DNA of 64,000 nucleotides from Thermoplasmatales archaeon SW_10_69_26 (GTDB lineage Archaea; Thermoplasmatota; SW-10-69-26): NCBI GenBank assembly GCA_003009755.1, contig PXUB01000001.1, positions 85,854 to 149,853 of the forward strand, read 5' to 3'. Shown piece by piece: positions 57,035 to 64,000 of this stretch (position 1 is its first letter; each line of letters starts with the position of its first letter). The notes under the pieces were generated by a model. It saw only the letters and a program-made list of their open reading frames with translations, ran no database searches and was not told where the DNA came from. The position numbers and the translations under genes were made by a program.

Positions 57035-58846
57035 ATGTTCGATCGGGTGCTCGTCGCCAACCGGGGCGAGATCGCCGCGCGCGTCATCCGCACCTGCCAC
57101 GATCTTGGGATCGGCACGGTCGCGGTTCACGCCAGCGACGATCGGGCCCAGCCGCACGTCCGCCTGGCCGATCGGGCCGTCGACCTCGGCTCCGCGGGGC
57201 CCCAGGGCACCTATCTGTCGGGGCCTCGGCTGGTCGAGGCCGCCGTCGAGGAGGGCTGCGATGCCGTGCACCCGGGGTACGGGTTCCTCAGCGAGGACGC
57301 CTCGTTCGCGCGTCGCGTCGAGGAGGCCGGTCTGACGTGGGTCGGTCCGCCGCCGATCGCGTTGGAGAGCCTGGGCGACAAGGCGCGGGCGCTGAAGCTG
57401 GCCGAGGACCTGGGTGTCCCGACGACGCCCGGCAGCGACGGGTCGGTCGCCAGCGCCGAGGAGGCCCGCGAGGTGATCGCGGAGATCGGCACGCCCTCCG
57501 TGTTGAAGGCCGTGCACGGGGGCGGCGGCATGGGGATGCGGCAGGTCGACAGCCTGGACGAGGTGGAGACGGCCTTCGAGGAGGCCCGCCAGCAGGCCGA
57601 GGGCGCCTTCGGCTCGCCCGAGCTGCTCGTCGAGCGCTGGTGGGACGACCCCCGCCACCTGGAGGTGCAGATCGCCTTCGACCGCGAGGGCAACGGCGTG
57701 CACGTGTTCGAGCGCGAGTGCTCGGTGCAGCGCCGCCGCCAGAAGCTGTTGGAGGAGGCGCCGGCGCCCTGCGTGGACGAGGACCTGCGCGAGGAGATCA
57801 CCGGGTACGCCTTGGATCTGTGCGAGGCGGCCGAGGTCCACGCGCTGGCGACCGTCGAGTTCCTCTCCACCGACGAGGGGCCCGTGTTCAACGAGGTGAA
57901 CCCGCGCCTGCAGGTCGAGCACACCGTCACCGAGGAGATCACCGGCTACGATCTCGTCGCGTGGCAGCTGCGGTTGGCGGCCGGCGAGCCGCTGGTGGCC
58001 ACCCAGGACGAGATCACCCTCGAGGGGCACAGCATCCAGGCCCGCGTCAACGTCGAGGACCCGCTGGCCGGGTTCAAGCCGGCGCCGGGCCCGGTGACGC
58101 ACACCCACGTCCCCCAGGGCGAGGGCCTGCGCGTCGACCACGCGCTCGTGCCCGGCGGCGAGGTGGCCCCGCACTACGACAGCCTCGTCGCCAAGGTGAT
58201 CACCCACGGCGGGGACCGCGGGCAGGCGATCTATCGCCTGCGCGGCGGGTTGGCCGACCTGCGGGTCGGCTCGCGCCCGACGACGGCCGGGTTCCTGCGC
58301 TTCGTGCTCGACACCGACGAGGTCCGACGAGGCGAGATGGACACCGGGATCGTGGACGAGGCGCTCGTCGACGACTACCGGGCGATCGTGCATGCAGCGA
58401 TGGCTCGCCTCGTCGACGGCGTCACGAGCGGCGACCACGGCGAGGTGCGGCTGGACGGCCACGAGGCCGACTGGCAGCGCAAGGACGGCCAGGTGTTCGT
58501 CGCCGGCGAGGCCGTCGAGCCCAACGGCCAGCGGCTGGACCGCGCCCGCGTGCAGCTCGACGGCTACGTCTTCGAGGGGGAGGCCGCGCCCACGATCGCG
58601 CTCGAGACCGGTGCCGCGGCCCAGGACGAGGTCGACGTCGAGAGCCCGATCCCGGGCACGGTGGCCCAGATCCCCGTCGCACCCGGCGAGGACGTGCCGG
58701 AGGGCACGACGCTCGTCGTCGTGGAGGCGATGAAGATGAAGAACGAGATCGGCGCGCCGCGCGATGGGACGGTCGAGTCCGTCGAGGTCGCCGTCGACGA
58801 GGACGTCGACCAGGGCCAGGCGTTGGTGCGCCTGGACACGGAGTGA
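57035..58846 (+). CDS. Biotin carboxylase fused to biotin carboxyl carrier domain
   Basis: ANRGEIA, HPGYGFLSE, ERECSVQRR, RLQVEH and EAMKM motifs. Confidence 0.95.
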   Translation: MFDRVLVANRGEIAARVIRTCHDLGIGTVAVHASDDRAQPHVRLADRAVDLGSAGPQGTYLSGPRLVEAAVEEGCDAVHPGYGFLSEDASFARRVEEAGLTWVGPPPIALESLGDKARALKLAEDLGVPTTPGSDGSVASAEEAREVIAEIGTPSVLKAVHGGGGMGMRQVDSLDEVETAFEEARQQAEGAFGSPELLVERWWDDPRHLEVQIAFDREGNGVHVFERECSVQRRRQKLLEEAPAPCVDEDLREEITGYALDLCEAAEVHALATVEFLSTDEGPVFNEVNPRLQVEHTVTEEITGYDLVAWQLRLAAGEPLVATQDEITLEGHSIQARVNVEDPLAGFKPAPGPVTHTHVPQGEGLRVDHALVPGGEVAPHYDSLVAKVITHGGDRGQAIYRLRGGLADLRVGSRPTTAGFLRFVLDTDEVRRGEMDTGIVDEALVDDYRAIVHAAMARLVDGVTSGDHGEVRLDGHEADWQRKDGQVFVAGEAVEPNGQRLDRARVQLDGYVFEGEAAPTIALETGAAAQDEVDVESPIPGTVAQIPVAPGEDVPEGTTLVVVEAMKMKNEIGAPRDGTVESVEVAVDEDVDQGQALVRLDTE

Positions 58847-58911
58847 GGCTGGACCGTCCCTCAAACGACCGATCGCGAACCCTCAAGAGCAGCCCCGATC
58901 ATGCTTGCACC

Positions 58912-60567
58912 ATGGTCGCGAGCGAACGCGCGCTGATCGTGGGACCCGCGGTCCTGGCCGTCGCGACCGGCCTGGCCATCTTCGCCGCGGGAGCGAGCCT
59001 GGAGGCGGGACCCACCTCCGGGGACGACCCCGAGGGAGCCGTGATGGCCGAGCCCCGCGAGGGCGACCGCGGCGTTCTCGCGCCGCTGGGTGGCGACGAG
59101 GGCGAGACCACCGAGCGCGAGCTGGGCTGGAACAGCACCACGGTCCAGCTTCCGACCGGCGAGGAGCGTGAACTGCCCGCGCTCCTCACCTGGAACACGC
59201 GAACCGAGGAGGAGCAAAGCGACGTCCGCGGCGACGTGCAGGAGCGGACTACGCGGACGTACGGCCACGCCTTCGCCGACCTGCCCGGCACCGCGTCGGC
59301 CCGCGTGACCGAGGTCACGCACCGAGACACCTACGACGAGGGCTACGCGATCCACGAGAACCGGCGCACCGACCTCGAGGTCCGCGAGGAGTGCAACCCG
59401 CACCTGGCGCCCCGCCTCGTCGACCGCGCGCCCGACGAGGCCGAACAAGCCCTCGCCGACTGCCTGAGGAACCGCGTGGAGCGCCACGACGAGGCAACCA
59501 GCCTCTCCCTCGCAACGACCAGCGAGTGGAGCACCTCGGAGGAACACGGTGACGTCTGGACGGCCAACGCGAGCCTCGTCTACGACAACCGCACGGGCGA
59601 GCGCGTCGAGCTCAACGTCTCCGTGACGACGAGCCCCGAGGTCTCCCTGCCGCTGGAGGTCGCCACCCACCGGCGCCTGCTCGACGAGGGCGAGACCGAC
59701 GGCCCGGGCGGACTCGAGCTCGTCGAGTGGGAGGCCGGCGGGGACGCGCTCGAGCGCGATCACGATCCTCTCGGGACCGGCCCCGAGATCGCCACGGTCG
59801 CCTGGGACGGCCAGGGTCCCACCGAGGGCCGGTTCGGCACGTACCCGATCGCCGATGCTCGGGAGGCGGTGGAGCGCACCGACGAGGGCGAGGCGTTCTT
59901 CGAGGACGCCGACGAGACGCTCGTCGAGTCGGCTCGCTTCGTGGAGAACCGGGAAAGCGTGGGCGGCGCTGCGATCCCGACGGGCTCGTCCAGCGGCGCC
60001 AGCTGCCAGGCGCGCGAGGACCCCACGCCTCGGGCGCCCGGGCAGGCCGACGAGCTGTCGTGGCGGCTGTCGTGGGCGAGCGCCGACAGCGGCGAGCTCT
60101 CGGCGTTCGTCGACGCGCCGCGCGCCTCGCAAGACAACCCGACCGACCGCTCGCTGCCGCTCGAGGAGACCCGAGCCCACCGCAGCGAGGACCGGTCCCA
60201 GTTCTTCGAGTTCACATCGTCCCTCGAGGGCCCGGCCCTCGACGAGCTGTGGGCCCAGCGCTCGCTGGCCGACGCCTTCACCGACGAGGGGGTCCACGTG
60301 ATGGAAGCCGGCATCTCGCACGCCTACGACCGCGAGCCCGAGATGACCGGCCACGTGGGCCGCGCGAGCTGCTGGACGAGCAGCGACGGGACGCGGACGA
60401 CGCAGGAAGTCCTCGTCGGCTTCGCCGACGGCACCGCGACCAGGGTCTCGCAGTCGTTCTCCGAGCAGCACCACGAGGGCAACGGCCTCGTCGACCAGCC
60501 GTTCCACGACGACGGGGAGCCGCCGACGCGCGGCCAGCCGTGGCCGAGCTGGCTATCCGAGGGCTAA
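58912..60567 (+). CDS. Secreted or membrane-anchored hypothetical protein
   Basis: N-terminal hydrophobic segment; acidic 551-aa ORF. Confidence 0.75.
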   Translation: MVASERALIVGPAVLAVATGLAIFAAGASLEAGPTSGDDPEGAVMAEPREGDRGVLAPLGGDEGETTERELGWNSTTVQLPTGEERELPALLTWNTRTEEEQSDVRGDVQERTTRTYGHAFADLPGTASARVTEVTHRDTYDEGYAIHENRRTDLEVREECNPHLAPRLVDRAPDEAEQALADCLRNRVERHDEATSLSLATTSEWSTSEEHGDVWTANASLVYDNRTGERVELNVSVTTSPEVSLPLEVATHRRLLDEGETDGPGGLELVEWEAGGDALERDHDPLGTGPEIATVAWDGQGPTEGRFGTYPIADAREAVERTDEGEAFFEDADETLVESARFVENRESVGGAAIPTGSSSGASCQAREDPTPRAPGQADELSWRLSWASADSGELSAFVDAPRASQDNPTDRSLPLEETRAHRSEDRSQFFEFTSSLEGPALDELWAQRSLADAFTDEGVHVMEAGISHAYDREPEMTGHVGRASCWTSSDGTRTTQEVLVGFADGTATRVSQSFSEQHHEGNGLVDQPFHDDGEPPTRGQPWPSWLSEG

Positions 60568-60572
60568 CCGTC

Positions 60573-60983
60573 TCAGTCCGAGGCCGAGTCCGGCGAGCGG
60601 ACCTCGTTGCGGTAGTCCCAGGTCTCGCAGTCGTAGGCTCGGAAGTCGTCGGGGTCGGCCGTCACGACCTCGGTGCCCATCAACTGGGCCCTCGCGGCGA
60701 TCTGCGTGTCGGCCCACCCCTGGAAGCTTCCCTCCTGCAGGCCCTGGCGGCCGAGACGAGCGGCCTCGAGGATGTTCTCGCGGACGAGCGGGGCGAGTTC
60801 GAAGCTGCGTTCGATGTCGGCGAGCCCGGCGACGGGATCCTTCATCCCGGCCAGGTACTCGATCGCGGCCTGCGCGGGCACCACGAGCCGCTCGGGTCCG
60901 TCCGCGAGGACGTGGAGGGCCGCCTGGGCCGCGTCCTCACCCTGCTGGAGGTCCACCAGGAAGGTCATGTCAAGAATCGCCAT
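60573..60983 (-). CDS. vapC: VapC PIN-domain toxin
   Basis: ILDMTFLVD, E, WADTQIAA and VVTADPDDF motifs. Confidence 0.9.
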   Translation of the reverse strand: MAILDMTFLVDLQQGEDAAQAALHVLADGPERLVVPAQAAIEYLAGMKDPVAGLADIERSFELAPLVRENILEAARLGRQGLQEGSFQGWADTQIAARAQLMGTEVVTADPDDFRAYDCETWDYRNEVRSPDSASD

Positions 60984-61236
60984 GTCGTTCCTCCCACCGT
61001 TCGATCGCCTTCTCCCGGTCCGCCTCGTCCATCCGCTCGATCGCCTCGAGGTGCTCCTCGTAGCTGAGCGCGCGCTCGCGCTGGGATCGCGTGCGGACGA
61101 AGTGCATCGGGTCCTTGCGGCTGGATCGGGCCTCCTCGATCAGGCGGAGAACGACGTCGCTGTCGCTCTCGCCCTCCTGTTTCTCCTCGCGGAGGGCCTC
61201 GAAGGCCGGGTCGGACAGCGAGACCGGCTTCACCAT
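60970..61236 (-). CDS. vapB: VapB-family antitoxin
   Basis: KPVSLSDPAFEALREEKQEGESDSDVVLRL; overlaps vapC. Confidence 0.88.
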   Translation of the reverse strand: MVKPVSLSDPAFEALREEKQEGESDSDVVLRLIEEARSSRKDPMHFVRTRSQRERALSYEEHLEAIERMDEADREKAIERWEERHGDS

Positions 61237-61268
61237 ATACACCCATATACGCACCCAGGTGTATATGG
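61233..61268. promoter_or_regulatory. Inverted-repeat operator of vapBC
   Basis: CCATATACACC...GGTGTATATGG spanning the start codon. Confidence 0.7.
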
Positions 61269-61289
61269 TTTGGGTCGATGGGCGCGCGT

Positions 61290-61580
61290 CGACAACCCGC
61301 GAGGGTTGGTTTCCTCGGGCTCCGCGAAGGGCGTGAGCTCCTCGGTGTAGGCGACGTCGTACAGCAGACGCTCGAACCCCGCGAGCACGGGGTCGAGCGC
61401 GGCGTCCGCGAGCCGCCGGAGGTGGTTCTCCAGCGTCGACCAGGTCACGTCCACGCGCCAGGCCAGCTGGTTCTTGTTCAGGCCCGGGCAACGATGGAGC
61501 GTGTCGACGATCGCCGCCCGAAGCGAGTGCTCGAGCAGCTCGCGTTGGAGGGGGTCGAGATCTTCGGCGTCCAGCGTCCA
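61290..61580 (-). pseudogene. Truncated wHTH regulator
   Basis: LLEHSLRAAIV..PGLNKNQLA..STLENHLRRL; wing missing. Confidence 0.55.
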
Positions 61581-61720
61581 CCCTCCTCGACCACGCGAAG
61601 ACGTCCTGGTGGCGGCGAAAGGTGTGTCAAAAAGCGAACCGAGGGTTGGTAGGCAAGAGACGAGGGGGTCGAGGCTGGCCCTCGCGCTTGTGAACAGGCT
61701 GCCGAGGGGAGGTATACCCG

Positions 61721-63010
61721 TCACCCGACGCCATCAACACCGACCGTGCCGGTCACGCCGTCGGTGGCCCACGCCGCCGTCGCCGCGAACGGTTCAGCGT
61801 AACGCAACTGGTCGCAGTCGTTGTAGGGCTCGGCACAGGAAGGCGCCCAGGCGTGGCGTTTGTGCACGTACGAGACGTGCGGTCGCCCCTCTTGATCGAG
61901 GGCGAGGCTGGTCTGGAAGCCAGCCCACGTGCCTTCACGATCGATCTCCTGACTGTGCCAACCATCGGCCAGCTCCACAGCGTACACAGGCAACGCCGGC
62001 TCGGTCGGATCGTCCGGGAAGAACGGATCAATAGTCGTCGTGTACACGACGTGCGGCCGATCGTGCGCATCCACCACGATGTCCAAACTGAACCCCACAT
62101 CCCCACCGGCACGCGGAGGGACGAGCTCGCTGCCATCCTGCGCGACCTCCCGCGAGACCTCCACCCCCTCCGAGCTGCGCTGCGTGTACACGATGCCCTG
62201 GTCGTTATTGCACACCCAATGCACCGTCCCGCCCGTGTCCGTGGCGAGCGCATGATCGCGGCACTCCTCCGTCTTCTCCACCTGCCACGTCCCGTCAAGG
62301 GTGCGATGGGCGTACGTGCTGGCCGTGTTGTGACGAGTCCAGACCGCGTGGACGTGACCCTCAGGCCCAACCGCCATATCCAACCAGCCCAAGCCTTGGG
62401 TCGTGATCGACTCGAAGGCCCACTCCCCGGCGGTCAGATCGTAGGCACCGTGCTTGACGACATCGGGGGAGCCGACATCGACGAGGATGACGTGCAGGGT
62501 CTCCCCGTCCGGGCCGAAGGCGATGCGGGGGTTGGACCCGTCGGTGGGGACGTCAATCCGGCTCCAGGCCTCCTCGTCCGGGTCGAAGACCTCCAGGCGG
62601 GTGTCGGCGTTGTTCATCCAGACGACCCACCCCTGACCGTCCGGGCCGAGCGCGAAGTCGTCGACGAAGGCGGTGTCGTGGTCGGCGGGATGGTCATGCC
62701 AACCGGCTTCGTCGCGGATCTTGAGCCCGATGCGGGCCCGCGGCTCATCGTCGTGGGCCACCCACACGCGTCCTTCGTCGTCGACGGCGGTCTCGGTGTT
62801 GATCGAGGCGCCCTCCTCGTCCAACGTCTCGGTCCGCCAGGCACCCCACGGAGGATCGGTCAAGCCCGGCAGCGTGACATCGTCACCGGTGCTGGGCAGA
62901 GGCTGAGCCTCAGCGGTCGGCGTAAGCGGGCCCCACAACGCGGTGAGTATGACCACCGCGAGGGCCACGATGAATAGCGACCCCGACCTCCGGCGAAGCC
63001 GATCCACGTG
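61721..63010 (-). CDS. Secreted BNR/beta-propeller repeat protein (start uncertain)
   Basis: Signal peptide; repeats of the form xD..G.PH.(S/V)Y. Confidence 0.8.
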   Translation of the reverse strand, partial: HVDRLRRRSGSLFIVALAVVILTALWGPLTPTAEAQPLPSTGDDVTLPGLTDPPWGAWRTETLDEEGASINTETAVDDEGRVWVAHDDEPRARIGLKIRDEAGWHDHPADHDTAFVDDFALGPDGQGWVVWMNNADTRLEVFDPDEEAWSRIDVPTDGSNPRIAFGPDGETLHVILVDVGSPDVVKHGAYDLTAGEWAFESITTQGLGWLDMAVGPEGHVHAVWTRHNTASTYAHRTLDGTWQVEKTEECRDHALATDTGGTVHWVCNNDQGIVYTQRSSEGVEVSREVAQDGSELVPPRAGGDVGFSLDIVVDAHDRPHVVYTTTIDPFFPDDPTEPALPVYAVELADGWHSQEIDREGTWAGFQTSLALDQEGRPHVSYVHKRHAWAPSCAEPYNDCDQLRYAEPFAATAAWATDGVTGTVGVDGVG

Positions 63011-63234
63011 AACGATGCTCGTCCGGGACCGCTTCAACCTTTCCCCGTTGCGATCGGTCCTCAGAACAAGGAGTCTGTCACGTGGGCCCCCGGTAGCGAT
63101 GACTCGATTTACTACACCGTGGTCGTGGAAACGCAAACGGATGTCGATGTCGGCTACGAGGTAACCTTCTCGACCGACTGCAAGGAGCCACAGCGATCGT
63201 CAACGAGCTTCGGGAACACCTACAAGGTGGCCTC

Positions 63235-64000
63235 ATGACGAAGCGTTCCACCCCGCCGCGCAACGAGCAAACCTTGAAGAACCCGCCAACAGACAACACA
63301 CCCGTGCGGAGGCACACCGCTGGGCCCACCCTACCCATCGCCCTCGTCCTCACCGCCAGCGCCGTGGCGGGGCTGATGCTCGCCTTAGGCCCCACCGCCA
63401 GCGCCTCCCAATTCGACGACCTCGGCACCAACGACCCCACCGACATCGAAGGCGTCGACGACGCCCCCTGGCGAGCCTGGGACGTCAGCGAACTCCCCTA
63501 CGCGTGGTCGTACGGTCGAACTGACATCGCTACCGGCCCGAACGGCGAACCCTATGTGACCTGGGAGAGGACAGACATCTCCCTCGCCTACCCGGATGAT
63601 GGTTCAGAACCCGGAGCCAACTTCGCCGTGACGACGATCACAGATACCAGCAGATCCGCCCCTGGTGGCATCGCAGTCCGAAACGATGGTCAGGTCTGGG
63701 TCACCTACCAAGCTCAGAACGTCGAGGATGGCTTCGACGAGATCTACGTGAAAACCGCGACGGACCCCGGCGGTGAGTGGACCCGATATCGTCTAGCTGA
63801 GAAGGGATGGAACCCCCGGATAGGATTAGATGACGCCGGCGTCCTCCACGTCGTTTACGAGGGAGATAACCGAGTCCTCCACCACGCAACATTCTCCGAG
63901 GGCGAGGGGTGGTTAGACGAAACGATCACCACCGTGGATCCCAGCGGCGCACGCGATCTTCGGATAGCCGTCGACCACGGGAGACTGCACGTCGTGTGGG
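63235..64000 (+). CDS. Secreted beta-propeller repeat protein, partial (runs off window)
   Basis: ATG at 63235; signal peptide; DIATGPNGEPYVTW and LDDAGVLHVVY repeats. Confidence 0.8.
   Translation, partial: MTKRSTPPRNEQTLKNPPTDNTPVRRHTAGPTLPIALVLTASAVAGLMLALGPTASASQFDDLGTNDPTDIEGVDDAPWRAWDVSELPYAWSYGRTDIATGPNGEPYVTWERTDISLAYPDDGSEPGANFAVTTITDTSRSAPGGIAVRNDGQVWVTYQAQNVEDGFDEIYVKTATDPGGEWTRYRLAEKGWNPRIGLDDAGVLHVVYEGDNRVLHHATFSEGEGWLDETITTVDPSGARDLRIAVDHGRLHVVW

Overview
GC-rich archaeal DNA: it encodes fibrillarin and Nop5, an intron-containing tRNA-Tyr and BRE/TATA-like promoters. The proteome is strongly acidic, suggesting a halophile; gene content and order point to Thermoplasmatota (inference). 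Housekeeping genes (icd, purF, metB-like, pyrD, purK, ogt) and four tRNAs surround two tandem islands at the tRNA-Glu 3' end. The inner island (28716-37094) is an ~8.4 kb integrated rolling-circle element with HUH Rep, three unknown cargo genes, an R-M pair and a tyrosine integrase. Excision at its 13-bp core would fuse the integrase in frame to the Rep ORF. A 3247-aa type I PKS/FAS-like megasynthase (ER-KS-AT-KS-ACP-ACP-KR-DH-PPTase) sits with its own acyl-CoA carboxylase genes, and both ACPs carry Thr instead of the canonical Ser. Three tRNA genes are flanked by tandem palindromic repeats built from sense and antisense copies of their own ends. All calls come from motif reading only; no database searches were run.
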